Source: Octopus bimaculoides
Taxonomy: Eukaryota
Direction: 5' to 3'
Length of the DNA stretch: 64,000 bases
Assembly: GCF_001194135.2 (NCBI RefSeq)
Contig: NC_068984.1
Coordinates: forward strand, 57,104,642 to 57,168,641
Shown here: one piece after another, positions 25,502 through 40,153 of the stretch
Layout of the letters: each line of letters starts with the position of its first letter
How positions within the stretch are numbered: position 1 is the stretch's first letter
Notes under the pieces: generated by a model
What the model saw: only the letters and a program-made list of their open reading frames with translations
Told to the model about the DNA's origin: nothing
Databases searched by the model: none
Position numbers and translations under genes: made by a program

Positions 25502-28500
25502 ATAATCTATTAATTTAATATGTTAGAAGACAAAAACTGTTGTGGGTTTGCTGCTGGTAATGTTACAGAGAATTAACATAAGCTGTACAGAAGTACAGCT
25601 TACACTATGAGTAACCAAGAACTCAAGAGATTAATTTTCCTAATTGTCTGATTAAATTATTAGATAAAACATGCTTTTGAAGTATTATAATTGAGACTGG
25701 CTGTTGAGTGAGTGATAGTATAGTGACATCAGTATGGGGTATTTGGAAGAAAGTGAGGACAGCTACATCATTTGCAAACAAAGAAATTCTTTTATGAAAG
25801 GTAAATTCTATGACAAGTGCATTAAATATTTTGATGGTGTGAAGAATTTTCACAATATAGTCAGATGATAGGAGAAAAATATATTTAGTATGATAGGAAA
25901 AGTATAAAAATTAAACATGTGAGGTAGGACTATATCATTTAATGTGTGCCTTTGTAAGATGATTGTAAGATATTTTGGCTGTTGTTCTAGCAAATTGATA
26001 CCAGTGTTCCTCTGTGGAATTTCATGTTTTCACTATTTAAATGATTGAAGTGAAAGAGTATAAATACTGCTTTGATATTCTGCTTCTAATCTGGAGAATA
26101 CTTCAAAATTTGTCTAAAATTAGCCATTAGTTTTCAAAAACTTTTTAAATATTTCTTCTTTAATAAAAAGTGAAAATGCTATATTTATTTATATAATTCA
26201 TGCTTTCTCTATATCTCATTTCTGTATAGTTGTTTTAGCCTTCCTGAAAGAATGGTTCAAATGATAATATTTTTCAGACATTTTATGATGTAACTGTTAT
26301 GGTATTTCTCACCAAATCTAAAATATTTTCTCCTATGTTGTATGCACTCACATGTTCTGGCATTGTATTTCCTTTGAATTCTATTATTTACAAGGCATAA
26401 ATATTTCAATAATTGATCACTGGCTGTATCTCCAATGGTTATTATTTTCCTTTTTGTATGATGCTTCTGATAATGGTTAGCCTTCATTTATGTTTGGACA
26501 CAGGTTTGGAATACTTCATGCACTCACGAGGCATGTAGTTGGGAAAACTTCCATGTCATAAAGAGATATATTTAATTCATAGAGGAAAGTTTATCTTCAC
26601 TATTTACTAAGTTAAGATTCATCAAAATCAGATTAAATACTAAAGTACTTCTCTTTTTATAGCACTTTTGTGTTTGTTGCCTTCCAGAGCTGCTCTACAC
26701 TATTTTCTCTGCCATTCATTACATCTTTTCTTTTTCATATTCACCATTCTTCTTCATCTTCATTGTTTACTTGCTATTTATTTTCATTTGTTAGATTAAC
26801 ATTATGGGTTTTTTTTTTCTGATTCCTGAATTCTGCTAGTAAGTTTTCTTACTGATATTGATTATATATATGTGTGTGTGTTTGTGTGTGTGTAGCTACA
26901 TCTTTGCTTATTTATATTTTTTGTTTCTTGGATTTTGTAAGCATATGGGTCTAAACATAGCTAGGAATTTAAAAAAGATCATTCCACAGCCCCACAGGAG
27001 TTGGGGGTGTTATGTTCAATTTCACTACATGGAACCTAGGACAGATATCTTGTGCCATTGCTGCAGATTGACCAATACCTTCTGAATGGAATTTAGTAGA
27101 CAGAAATTGATATGGAAATGTGTCATACACACATACATGTACGTGTGTGTGTGTGCATGCTTGAGTATTTTTGTTTATGTAGGTGAAAGATGTAAACACA
27201 GACAAAAAATCCAACTTTTACTATAGAAAATGCAGTGAACCAGTGACTAGTGTATTTGAGGTCTATTATCAGTGACAGTATTGTTCATAAATAGTGGACA
27301 TAATAAATATATATGCTTAAAATTTATTTTGTCTTGTTTAATTTAGGAACAGCATGTTTTGTGTTTGGTAAATGTTTTGTGTTTCTATCTGAGTGAAAAT
27401 AATTATTCTGTGACTAGATATAATTCTATGTTATCATCACCACTATGGTTTTCTGTTTTCCATCTCAATGCATCTTTCTAACCATTTTTCATTAACTTCT
27501 GTTCCATTAAAGATGAAGATTCTTGAGCCATTTTCAGCTTCAGACATTTTCATGGTGAATAAATGGACTCATACAAATATGTATATATGCATGTAAAAAA
27601 TGCCATTCCTAAATAAATCAATTTAACTAGTTACAATATTCTTCTGACTTGAAAATTTTGCATAACTATCACTTCTCTGATGATAAATTACAAATATCAA
27701 ATCTTTGTATCTTTGATAAAGAACAAACACTTTTAATTCAATTATTTTATTACTGTGTGGTGTATGGCTCATCAGAAATGATAGAACAATATTCTGATAG
27801 AATCAATCATTTGAAAATAGCAAGCCAAGAAGGGAACTTCTATGTTTTTGTTCAAATTGCTACAAAAAACAGCTAAGTCCCAGATATAAGTTAACAAATG
27901 GCATATATCAGAATGGAATGATACCCAATATTTATGGCTTCGTTCTCATGTAGAGTCATTGAAATAATAATAAGCATTAGTTTGTATCAATATCAAATCC
28001 TTCCATTATTTCTCAAATCATTGAAACAATAAATGAATAAATAAAAATGTGTGGGAATCTGAGATTAGATTTGTGGGATTTCTGGGACGAGAAGGAAATT
28101 TTGTAAAACAAGAAATTTTAGCACATTTTGCAGAAAATTTCTCACAAGAGCCATGAGAACATGTTGTATAAAAGGTTTTCTAAAACCATATTTCTTAAGT
28201 TGACGATCATGATCAGGGGGATACCATTACCTACATTTCTTTCTGTCTATTAAAATTTTGTTGTCTTGTTTCAGATTAGCACTAATCTAACTGACCTATG
28301 ATTAAATTGTATCCATTTATGCACTTTTTTATTGCAAGTATATGCTGTGGAATTTACAATTATAGGATCATGGGTTCAGTTTCTAGACTGGGCAGTGTGC
28401 TGTGTGTCCTTACAAAAGGCACTTAATTTCATATTCCTCCTGTCCAATTTGCCAGTAGTGAGTTAACACCTGCTGCAGAATGGCACTTCACTGATTATTA

Positions 28501-31500
28501 GCTCCAAATTTTGCAATTTTAAGGTGCTAATAACCCTTGATGGTTACAGCACATTGGATGATAATGCTTAGAACTGCATCATTATCCAATATGTCCTTCC
28601 TTTTATAAGACAGAGTGTGATGAAAGAAAAATTTGACTGCGCTTTCTAATAGATCAAGGGAAAATATAAAGGTTTTCTCATTGGCTCAGTACATTTAAAT
28701 TAGATTGAGATGTTCATTACAATTAGTTAATATTGCAATATTAGTGACTATTGTAAAAAAAAGTCATTAAGAATGAAAGGAAATGAGACAGAAGTTCACC
28801 TATGCAATATTAAGTTTTCTCCAATATTAATATGCTCCCATAACACACACCATTCTGTGCAACAGAACAGGTGTATAACATTCCCTATAAATTTTATGCA
28901 TTATGTCTCCTCTATATTCAACTTTTTGGGGGCGAGAGAGAATTCTATGGGAAATCAGTAGCTGTGAAATTTGTTGTTATTATTTCTGTCTGAAAAGATT
29001 ATCTCAATTGCTTTTGTTGCATTCCTGATAAAATACCAATATTTACAGGAAGTACTCTCCAATAGATTTCTTTAATATGAAATTAATATAATCATGATAT
29101 ACTGCATGTACACACACACACACATGCAAGCACATAAATGTATGCAGTTAAATTTCTCCATCATAGAAACATTAATAAATACTTGTTCATTCAAACTGAC
29201 TCATTGTCGGGTTACTAAATAAGGCATTATATGAAAGCTTGCTCAGGTTATTTCTGAATCAATAAGGTTACTCTTTTTCTCATATTACTGAAATGAATCC
29301 ATCAACAACAAAATTAATTTGTGCCTTCTCTGTTGTCCTGTCAGCTTGCTCAATACATCTCCTGACTACTTAATTGTCTTAATTAAAAAAACAGAACAAA
29401 TAAATGTTAAATATCATCACAAGGATTCTTTATTGTTAAAATATTTAGCTAATGGGATTCCAAGTTTTACTGATTTGAAATGGGTGAACTTGCCTAATAT
29501 TTTTGAGTATTTTATGTTAAGTGAATAGTAGAAACAGTAATGCTTAAAACAAAACCTTTGTAAAATATGGTTACACCTGTTTTGTCCGCTGTACTCTCTT
29601 AGGTATATTTTGCTTGTTACCTTCCAAAGTTGATAAAATAAGTGCCAGTTAAATATTGTTGTTGATATAATTAACTATGCCTTCGAAAGCAGTACTCAAG
29701 TTATGGCTACAGTAGAACGAGTATGACCAGGAAAAGAATAAAAGACTGAAAATTTAACTTTTTGCATAATTTGTCATGTATTTATCTTGCTCGCTTCCCT
29801 CTGCCATTGTTGCTCATTACACATACCTGTTAAATAGGTAGTGTCATAAAAACTAATGGCTTGTTGGTAAGCATCTTAATAAACTGAGAACAAAAGGCTC
29901 TATTATTATTATTATTATTATTATTATTTTGTTTTTGTGGTCAGTTTATTTTTTGGAATGTGTTTGATTTAAATTTTTTCATATTTTATACATCTGCAGT
30001 TTTCAATGTTGAAATGTTTTTGCTTTATAGAATAATACATGCTTAATACATCCACGCATAATAATTAATAAAATATTCATTGTCCTAAATTTGGTTTAAT
30101 CTTAGGAATTAGCAGCAGAACTATGTCACTCTGAATTCTCATCTGTTATTTATGTCTCCTTAGGAACAGTTGTTGCTTTTAGATTTTTGTATTCAATCTT
30201 AAAGAATATAGCTATTCTTTGCAACTTATGAAATATTGAACATACAACCAGACATTACTTCAGTCTTGCCAGTAAGAAAGTTTCTAAATGAATAATTAAC
30301 ACTTTGATGGATTATTGTTCTCTGTTTGGATATCAAGTCATGGTTGATTAAGTCTTTAATTTCACAGTGCTATAACTTAGGATACTGAATTTGATGGTTG
30401 GAATTGACATGTCAGATTTATAAGATATTTGGTTTCTTCTTTGTTGCATTAGTGTTCATATTGAGCTAACCATCATTGGTTAACATTGCCCAACAATAAA
30501 ACTGAAGCAGGGAATTAGCAAAGTTATTAAGTATGTTAGACAGAATGCTTTGTAGTATTTGTTTCAATGCTCTGTACTCTCAGTTCAAAACCTAGTGAGA
30601 TTGATTTTTACCTTTCATGCTTTTGAGGTTGATAAAACATACCAATCAAGAGTGATAGATTGGCAGAACTTGTGGAGCATTGGATGAGATTCCATGTGAT
30701 ATCTGTACTGGCCTCTGATAATATGGTGCCAAGCTATATCGTAACCCAAGTCAATAGCCTTTCCCTTGAATAAACATTGGTAGCATAGAATGAGAAAACT
30801 TGCAAGCATGAACTGCTGATCTTTCTTAAAAAAAATTTATCCCAACATTGATCAATAGAGGCCCTAATAAAGCTAATAATGAGTACTTCTATGTAGTTGT
30901 TTCAGTTGTTCATAATCTCAGGCAAAATTTTCTCCTTTAGCATCATATTGGGAGTTTGAAATTTCTGAATTTTAGGATAGCACATCTGTAATAGAGATAG
31001 AGTATCACAGACTAGATAGATTGGTGGCTAATCATTGAAGTTTAAGCCACATCAACACATTGAAGGTCTTATACCTTTTCATGTTAAGTGCTGAGCTTGA
31101 GAGTTGGCCTTTGGTGTTTAATTGGCTGTGTTCCTAAAAAAGGGTCTGCTTAGAAGTGATAGGGGTGGAGTGATATACTCAATGACACTGACATCATTAA
31201 CTGCAAATATTACTTCTGTATTCTTAATTTATGATAAGGAACTGGAAGAATTTTGTGTGTTGAACAAAATACCTTGTGGTATTTGTTCTGACTCTTTAAA
31301 TCTGAGTTCAGATCACACCATGGTCAACATTGCTTTTTATCCAGAGATGGTGAAGATTAGCACTTGCTGTGGTTAAAAAAAAGTGCTTTTCACATGACTA
31401 GATGGTCATCCATTTTGAAGGCATTTATTTGATTGTGTTGTGATTTTACCTGTAAAGATGTGAAGTGCACTATTTTGTGTTGTAGTTTGTTCAAGTCTTT

Positions 31501-32734
31501 TGTGGAGAGATTAGAGGTCAAACAAGAATGGTTTAATCTATGATGGAGCTGATATATACTTTTATACATTAGTGTTGTTGTTTCTGTGTGGTGACCCTGT
31601 GAAAGTTTCTTACTTGTGTATTGTTTAGTCTTTTTTAAATTATTTTTTCTCGTCTATATGTGGTGTAGATGCTGCAGGTACTTTCTAGTAGATTGTTATC
31701 TTGAACACCATATGTGTGTGTGGCATGCTTATGCATTTAATGTGTTGCTATCCATGTCAGCTGAGATTAAATAGATAAGGTTTGAAGGGAGTGTTTTATG
31801 GTTGGTTATAAAACCACTTAACTATAAAGTGCTACCTATTTTTCACTTAAGATAACAGAAACCTTAGGAAATGTCTTGCTTCAAAACATTTGGATAAACT
31901 TGCAATAAAATTTCAATTTGAGTCATCAGTCCAACCTTCATTACTCTTTTTAGCATCCCCCTTGAAAATAATGCTGCATAAATATTACATATTCTTTTTT
32001 TCTTTTTCTGGTTTCAATAAACGACTATCCATACTGAGGTATTGTCTTTGGGTGTTTTAGTCAGTTGTGGTCAAACTCAGAAGATATTTTAGTCTAGTAT
32101 TTATTTTGCAAAAAGGCTAAGTTACTGATTTTTAGATAAAGATGTGCAACATTGGTTCACATCAGTAAATATGAACTCATATCCAGAGAGAGAGAGAGTA
32201 TTGAAGATAGTTTCAACAAGGTCAAGAATTTTTTCCTCTGGTCTGTTTAAGTATTCCTTTCTTTGCCCATGTCATCCAACTTCATGCCATTGTCCATTCT
32301 GTGTTATTTCTCTTAGCCCATTTTTGTTTTAAATATACAAATTACCCTAAGTCATAAATGTTCTCTTTTTGAATTTGTGTCTAAGTCTTATGTCTGGCTT
32401 GAGCCAAATAGGGCAACTCTGTGCTGACAACATCCATTGATACAGAACTACACGTTCACAGATCTCTTGTCTCCAAAGAGAGTGAGAGAGAGAGAGAGAA
32501 AAAAAGAAATCAGACTGTCATGCTAATTCTGGAGGATTGTTGATTGCTTGAGATTATCACCCCATTTCATTGTCAGGCGCAAATGCCAATAGATGCTAGT
32601 TTAATATTCTCTCAAAGCAAAGATAATTTCAATAAATTACAGTGTATCAATTTGTTGTTGGCCAAAGGTTTTCAGAGCAATTATGGAACCACACATCCAT
32701 ACCTACACTTATACTGATTCATTAGTGATTAGGA

Positions 32735-33010
32735 ACAGACAGCTCATGATTGTAAGGTCATGAGTTCAATCCCTTGAGTAAGACACTTTATTTCACATTG
32801 TTCTAGTTCACTCAGCTGACAAAAATGAGTAGTACATTTATTTCAAAGTGCAGCCTTGTCACATTCTGTCACACTGAATCTCACTGAAAACTACATTAAG
32901 AGTATGCTTGTCTGAGGAGTCCTCAGCCACTCGCACATTAATTTCATGAGCAGGCTGTTCCATTGATCAGATCAACTGGAACCCTCATCATTGTAACTGA
33001 CAGAATACTA
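32735..33010 (+). mobile_element. SINE family B copy (partial, diverged)
   Basis: Shares ccttgtcac..ggagt(g/c)ctcagccact..cattaatttcatgagcaggctgttccattgatc with 19794-20170. Confidence 0.78.
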
Positions 33011-33897
33011 GTTTCACTGATTCATACACATATATGCTTTTGACCTGATTTTAGGTACATTTCTTAAGCAGATATTTCATTTTCGTGTGGAATTGCTTTT
33101 GCAAAGAAGGAAAAGTTGCTTCAAAATATTTAAGATGCATAGACTAAGATTATCTACATAACCATAAAGTAGAGGCAACATTTCCAAGTGGATATAACGT
33201 TTGAAGAACTATGTGATACATCTTGTGTTCAATTCGACTGCAGGTTTTCTATTGTGTATTCAGGCTGAAGATTTAAGTCTGCATGCCACAGTTGACAGAG
33301 TTGTCAGGAATAAATAGCATATCATCTGGGAATGCTATCTCAAAAGAAAATTTTTCAAATGCTTCATGCCAAGGAATTAAAGTTAATCGGGATTTCAGAA
33401 ACTTTGAATTTACTTAAACTAAGATATAAGTAGAGGAAATGAAGGTGAATCCTCCTCACCAATAGACACAGCTTAGTATTTTCAGCAAGAGAATAATAAT
33501 GTTCTTATCTACTGTGGATTGCAAAATTATTGCTCTTAGTTTAGAAATAAAGATTCCTAGTTTTAAATCCAAGTTGTGACTTAAACTAGGACCATGTATA
33601 TGTACCCACCACATATGATGACTGGAGATCAAAATGAAATGTGTGTGTGTGTGTGTGTTTACATACAGTACATATAGACTCTGAAAATTAGGTTTAATAA
33701 TCTGGAAAATTACAGTCTTATTAACTCATTGCAAAATGTAACTATATAATCCATAATTTTAAACCCCAATATCTCATGTGCTTAGCCTTTGAATAGCTTT
33801 TCTTTGAATGTAAATATCTGTATTCAATCCATGAACATTGAGAGCTGAAAACTTTTAAAGGTGAAATTTTCAAAATGAAACAGACATGGGTTTAAGA

Positions 33898-34222
33898 CAT
33901 AGGTTCTCAAAGTGGGCCCTACCACCCTCTGGTGAGCATTGAGACAGTCTAAGAGGGCACTGGTGCCTAAGAGGGTGGTAGAGAAAAAGGAGGCATTGAG
34001 AGGAAAGCAGTAAATTGGGGGACGCTATGAATTTATTATAACATTATTATAGTATTGTATACGAATTATATAATATTATATTAAATATCAAGTGCTTCGT
34101 AATATATATATAAATTAGTAAAATATGAGATATTTATTTATACATAAAAATAGGGGTGGGAGTGTTGAGGGTATTATGTGACCCTGAGTGGAGTGGTGGC
34201 CCCAAAAGTTTGAGAACCTCTG
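33898..34222. mobile_element. hAT-type MITE
   Basis: Termini CATAGGTTCTCAAAGT and AGTTTGAGAACCTCTG (imperfect TIR); 8-bp TSD GTTTAAGA / GTTTCAGA (7/8). Confidence 0.75.
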
Positions 34223-35525
34223 GTTTCAGATAAAGCATTGTCCTCAGGTTCTTTGTTTGAAAAAATTGTTATTTTATGGAAAATGCTTTGTAGTCTTCCA
34301 AGCTAATACACTTATTTGAAATTTGTGTTTGATACTGATTTCACTGAGCCACTCTCTATCGATATTTGATAGACTAGTCAAGCCTTCAGTAGCTAATTTC
34401 ACTAGGAGTAATTTTTACTCCAATCGTTTTGTTTTTTCTATTCTTTTCACTTCTCAAACACAAGTCATGGTGATTAACTGGCTTCAAATATGCTGTGTTA
34501 TGTTATTTATACTGTTGATATCCCATTAACTAATTCATCTGTGGAAATGTAACTGTAAGATATCAATTTACTAAGCTTTAGCTAGCTTTAATGTTGTACT
34601 GGTGGGAAAATTAAACTTATTTTATTCATTGTTCAAACCATAAACATTAGCAGGAAAAGACACAATTAGCTATTTTTAAACAATAAAGAAACTCTATCCT
34701 TATACACTTGAATGAACAGGAAGAAATATTCCTCTAAACATCTATTTTCTACTTGGAGCCCAATAAAATCTTTTAAAGGTGATTAAACTCCATGAACCTG
34801 AACTTTTGATCTTTTCTCATATTAAATACATAAATTTCACACACATTTTACAACTCCTTATTATACACATTCTATTTCACACATAAATAATTAGAGAGTT
34901 CAGTGAAAAAAAAAAAAAAAATGACACAGTAATTTCTAATCCTTAAGTTATCCTCTTTCAAAATTAATTTAATATGTTTACTAGCATTAATTATCTCAGT
35001 AAACAGTGCAAGTCTTTATAGTTCAGAATCAAAATCATCGTCATTATCGTATCATCATTTTATGCCTATTTCTTTTTTCTATTTTTCTGTTGGCATGACT
35101 TGGACAGGTTTCCCAACACCTTGCTACATGTGACAGCCCCTACATGATCACTCTACCTATAAGAAATAGTAACCAATCTCCCCCCCCAACCCCCCAACCC
35201 CATACTTTACTGTATTAAAAAAAAAACAATACATAGGATAATGTATTTCTAAAAACTCATAAAGATATGAAATGGTCTCAGCTGGAACAATTATATGTCT
35301 AATTGATTCATGTTGACCTGGGACTAAACCACAGCAACCACTGCCAATCTTTGTTGTGAATGTTGTTTTTCTTTTCTGACACAGAATTCAGTGGACAAAA
35401 GATGCTTCTGTCATTGGAGTTTCAGGGAAGAATACACTGCTTTTGTTCATTATACAGTGCATTAACATCGCTCTTTTAGGTCATGTCATTATTCTAAACC
35501 AGCAGTTTTTAACTTGAATAAAATT

Positions 35526-36117
35526 TGGATCTTTTTTAAAACGGGGGCCACATTTTTCATTAATGTTTTATGTAGTGCTTTTGGTACCGAAAGACTTTCA
35601 AACTTCGTATACTTATCTATTTTGTGTTATAGAACAGAAAAATATTTTTGTATTCGAATTTATTTCATGTAAAAAATTGTCTTATTTCAATAATTTCAAC
35701 CAATCACTGACGTCCATTCAGCCGATATACATTAAGTGCCGACTACATAAACAAACGATTCTTCGTTTTATTTGCTTTTTTCATTTTAAATTTGCTTTAA
35801 CCCTAACCCTAACCCTAACCCTAACCCTAACTCTAACCCTAGGGTTAGGGTTAGAGTTAGGGTTAGGGTTAGGGTTAATTGTTTCAGAATCGTTTGTTTA
35901 TGTAGTCAGCACTTAATGTATATCGGCTGAATGGACGTCAGTGATTGGTTGAAATTACAGAAATACGACAACTTTAACATGGAATAATTTATGGATTTCT
36001 TTTTTTTTTAAGAAGACTAAGAGAAAAAGATGTTTTATATGACACATTCTACCAGTGATCCAAGTTTCAAAGTGTTTCGTTAATGAAAAATGTGGCCCCC
36101 GTTTTAAAAAAGATCCG
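35526..36117. mobile_element. Non-autonomous DNA transposon (MITE) with nested inverted repeats and a central telomeric palindrome
   Basis: 38-bp TIR (37/38 match; 35526-35563 and 36080-36117), 71-bp inner IR (35691-35761 and 35887-35957, 1 mismatch), flanking AAAATT duplication (35520-35525 and 36118-36123). Confidence 0.85.
35797..35877. repeat. Interstitial (CCCTAA)n(TTAGGG)n palindrome
   Basis: About 7 CCCTAA units meet about 6 TTAGGG units at CCCT|AGGG (35840/35841); each arm has one CTCTAA/TTAGAG variant. Confidence 0.95.
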
Positions 36118-36729
36118 AAAATTTCTCACCCAGGATCCCAGGGGAAATTTGGGTGATTTCAGCAAGGGTAATTTTTTTTTAGTTTGAAAAGTTCTTTACC
36201 ATTTTTCTCATTCTTTTTTTCTGTTAGATTTAGAGTCCCAACTGTTGATTTTAAACAGTTTTTAACAAATTGTGTTGTATACAAAACTGCTTTTTTTTTT
36301 TTTATCACGTGTAGAGGAGGGAATTGAAATGGTGACCTGACAAAGGCAAGTGGAATACAGAAAAATCTCACACTACTAGCACAAATCTTTGACTTACTGG
36401 ATAATTTAGTCCTAGTTATATACCATGATGAGTTGATTTAGGTTGGAATACTTTTGATCATAAGTTTGGTTGGCATGTTAAAAAGCAATTTAAAAATAAT
36501 AATTGATCAAAATGTAACAGAAAAACAATAGAAGTAAAAAGAGAAGACCGTTTATGAATTATCATTGTTTTGTAGCATTTAAAAAAGCCATATGATTGTG
36601 CATTCATTATTTTGACCAATTGACATCAAGTGGTTGAGTATTCCACAGACCTATGTCCTTTAATGTACTTCTCAGGCTGTATCAGCTTGACACATTATGT
36701 CAAGGTTGTACCTTTGAATTACAGGTATG

Positions 36730-36759
36730 GAGAGAGAGAAAGAGAGAGAGAGAGAGAAA

Positions 36760-36845
<86 letters not shown>
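36730..36845. repeat. (GA)n microsatellite
   Basis: About 115 bp of GA repeats. Confidence 0.98.
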
Positions 36846-36847
<2 letters not shown>

Positions 36848-39099
36848 TCAGTACCTGATTGATACTTTATTTGTTAACCCTGATGGATGTAAAGTTAAAT
36901 TGACTGCAGCAAGATTTGAATTCAGAATAGTGCAGAGAGCCAGAACAAATGATGCAATTTGTTCTAACACACTAATGATTCTGTCAATTCATCAATAATG
37001 AACCTAAGACAATAAAAAATGGAATTGATCTGCAATTGATAGAGAAGTTTCATTAGAATTTTTCTACTCTTCCTGTAAGATATTAAAGATTCATAGCAGA
37101 GTGTTTTCTAGAGGTTTCTTCTGAATGCTTTTGGCTCCAACCTACTGTGTTTGTTGCTGTATTTGTGTCATTGCTAATATTTAACTCCAGGTCAAGTGTG
37201 GCTGAACAAACCTCTGAACAAAGACATTTCAGCCACAACCATCTCATACTGTTTATGTTATTATATTATTGCATAATACATTGCTCATCATCATCATATG
37301 CTTGTTTTCCATGCTGCTATGGGTTGACTGGAATGGTTTGATAGGAACTGGTAAGACCAGGATTTGCACCTGATCTCATAGTCTATTTTGGCATGGTTTC
37401 TACTGCTGGATGCCCTTCCTAATGCCAACCACTTTACAGAGAGTACTAGGTGCTTTTTACATGGCACCATTGCCAGTGATTTTTATGTGACACCAGCACC
37501 AGTGCTTTTTACATGGCATATTATAAAGTGTTTATCATGTATTCACATTATAAACATCGTATATTGTCCACTCAGGACTACATTAAATAATGTGTCCTTT
37601 CTGTTTTTTAAGACAATAAGTAATTATATGTGGGAAATTTGGTTACTATTTCTAACAGATTAAATGACCATGTAGAAGTTTTCTTGTTGATTTGTATAAG
37701 TTTGTATGTTGTGGTGGAGACAAATAAATTTTCAGGTTGGGTCTTTCATTAAAAAAAAAAAATGAATTGATTTTTCTTTACTATGGCATATAAACCTATT
37801 CATATCAAGCCAATGAGGAATTCTTTACATATTTTATTTGCTAGAAATAACAACAAAATCTCTCTTAAATTGCATTCTACTACTTTGAAAAGAGAAGGAA
37901 GCATTAGATAATATAGACTTAAATTTGTAAGGTCTGTGAAGACAGATGGTCATAGCTAGAATCTATTTTATCACAAATCTGGTCAATCAGGACTGATCTG
38001 GTGCTGAACAAGAGAATCAGCTTGTATAATTTGTATATTCTGTAATCAACTTTTATTGGGAAATATGTATTGTCTTATAAATAATGTTTTTTTATATTTC
38101 CATTCAAGCAAAGTAAAAAAAGATGAAACTATTGATTTTAGCATTCACTTAAAGTTCATTGATAGCAAAGCACTACTTGCTTTTTTTTTTGTTAGTTGTT
38201 AAAATATCCACCAGTTTATTTTACTATTTTTTCATACTGTTTTGACTTAATGTTGTTGTTGAGTCCCAAGCAAGTCCTAAGTTTGCCCTAATCAAAGACT
38301 TATCATAAAAGGTGTTCATGCAGTGATCATCCCTGATTTTATTTTTTATTTTGTTTTGTTTTGAATAGTACATTCCCATTTATTATTAATGATTTATCTT
38401 TATTCTTTTAAGTTTAGAGTGTCATTTGTGGGTGATTTAGTTGCTATTTCTACCAGATCAAGCAACCAAGGAGAGCTTTTTATCATTGGTACACGTTTTA
38501 CTTCTTGTGCAAAGGCTTTTTCCTAATGTAATTCTGGTGTATATGTGTCAGTGATGATCTATTCTTGATATTAAAATGGATTCCAAGTATTTTTTAAGGT
38601 AATCTCTCTAAAATCTCTGTGGAGCCGTTAGCTACATCAATAATTGTTACTATTCTAGTCTTGACAGCTTCACATATTTCCTTATCACTCTTCCATTTCC
38701 ATATGGTACCAGGAAAGTTATTCAGTTATAAAACTTTTCTAATTAGATGTGTATGCACCAGTGAACATAATGTTACTTTACCCACATAGATTAATATTCT
38801 ATCTGTACTATATATACAATTGTCTAATCCTTAACATGATTCTATAGTTATAAATGTTAGTTGTGATTATTATTTTTCACAGACTCTGGAAAGTTTTAAA
38901 TGTCTTGCTGTATCTAGTTATGTGACCTTACAGTTTGAGTTCACATGTTGCTCACAATGACTTTGTTTTGTATTTGTGGAATCGATAAAATATGTTTTAG
39001 TCAAATACTGGGATATATTTGACTATATCTTTGCTCCCCAAAAATCTAGGACCATATACTAATGTTAGTTTTCATTTTATTATTATGCCAAACAGCAAG

Positions 39100-39305
39100 G
39101 TGGTGAGGTGGCAGAATTGTTAGCATGCCAGGCTTAGTGGCATTTCATCTGTCTTTACATTCTGAGTTCAAATTCCACTGAGGCCCACTTTGTATTTCAT
39201 CTTTTTGGAGTTGATAAAACAAGTACCAGTTGTGCACTAGGGTTGATGTTATTGACTTATTCTCTCCCTCAAACTTGCTGGCCTTGTGCCAAAATTTGAA
39301 ACCCT
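39100..39305 (+). mobile_element. SINE family A copy
   Basis: ggtgaggtggcagaattgttagc..ttctgagttcaaattcc..gccttgtgccaaaatttgaaacc. Confidence 0.85.
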
Positions 39306-39574
39306 TATGTCAAATAGCTGCTTTCATATGTAATACAAATTCAGATACCTGCCAACTTAATCATAAGGATTACTTTGCTGCCATCTTTTAACTTCGAAGA
39401 GCAATCAGTTTTCTTTTGTCTGTGGTTATAGTAAAAATGGTTGTATGATGGACAAGATATAAGGGGCTGAGGATAGATAGTTTACTCTTGGATAATATGG
39501 TTGAAGGAATATAGTTCAAGAGAGCACTTAGCATACCAAATAAAAATATGATAGGGCCTGACATATGTAATATA

Positions 39575-40047
39575 CAGTAATCACTTGCCATGTCGTGGTT
39601 CACCTATTGCACCCTCAGTACATCACAGATTTTTCTGGTTAATATATGTAGATTTATATTGTGTACTTTTCAGTATATTGCAGGTTTCTACAGTCGATAG
39701 GTATTTAGATTTTTTCCAATTTCAATTATTTCCGTGATAAAATGAGCATTTTCACATCTAAAAATTAACAAATAAAAATACAGTACTGCACTGTATAACA
39801 CATTAATTAAAATATATTAAAAGAAAGTACGTAGTGTACCATAGATGAGTAAACACTGTATGGAAAACGAAACTTGGGAGGTGAAAGAAGAGAAGAATGT
39901 GGGGAGAGTTTATAAAAGCTTAAATATATAAAAATAATAAAATAAATATATACAAATTATAAAAATAATAAAAAAAGATATACAGTAGAGTACTATTTCT
40001 ATTTCACGGATTTTCACCTATCACGTGCAATAGTTGAAGGAATACTG
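39575..40047. mobile_element. Tigger/pogo-like (Tc1/mariner) MITE
   Basis: TA|CAGTAATCACTTG at the left end and GAAGGAATACTG|TA at the right end; TA TSD; CACGGATTTTCACCTATCACG subterminal motif; AT-rich core. Confidence 0.6.
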
Positions 40048-40153
40048 TAGTGAGCTCTTAAACTTCAACTAGCTGAGATTATCCAAGCAATTTGTAGCTC
40101 AAAACTCCTAAGGATGTTTAAAATTTTATTAATAGCAAAAAAAAAAAAAAGAA

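Noticed and set aside
35388-35480. IQWTKDASVI reading resembling an Ig-domain tryptophan motif after an acceptor
   Set aside because: Short match, no convincing donor and no other Ig exons found.
35797-35877. Ancient telomere-telomere chromosome fusion site
   Set aside because: The repeat order is opposite to a fusion scar, and the array lies inside a TIR/TSD-bounded element.
36630-36998. ER-repeat and other low-complexity ORFs (also 14543-15011, 45371-45649, 52674-53612, 63263-63953)
   Set aside because: Translations of GA, CAT, CT, TA and CA microsatellites or N gaps.
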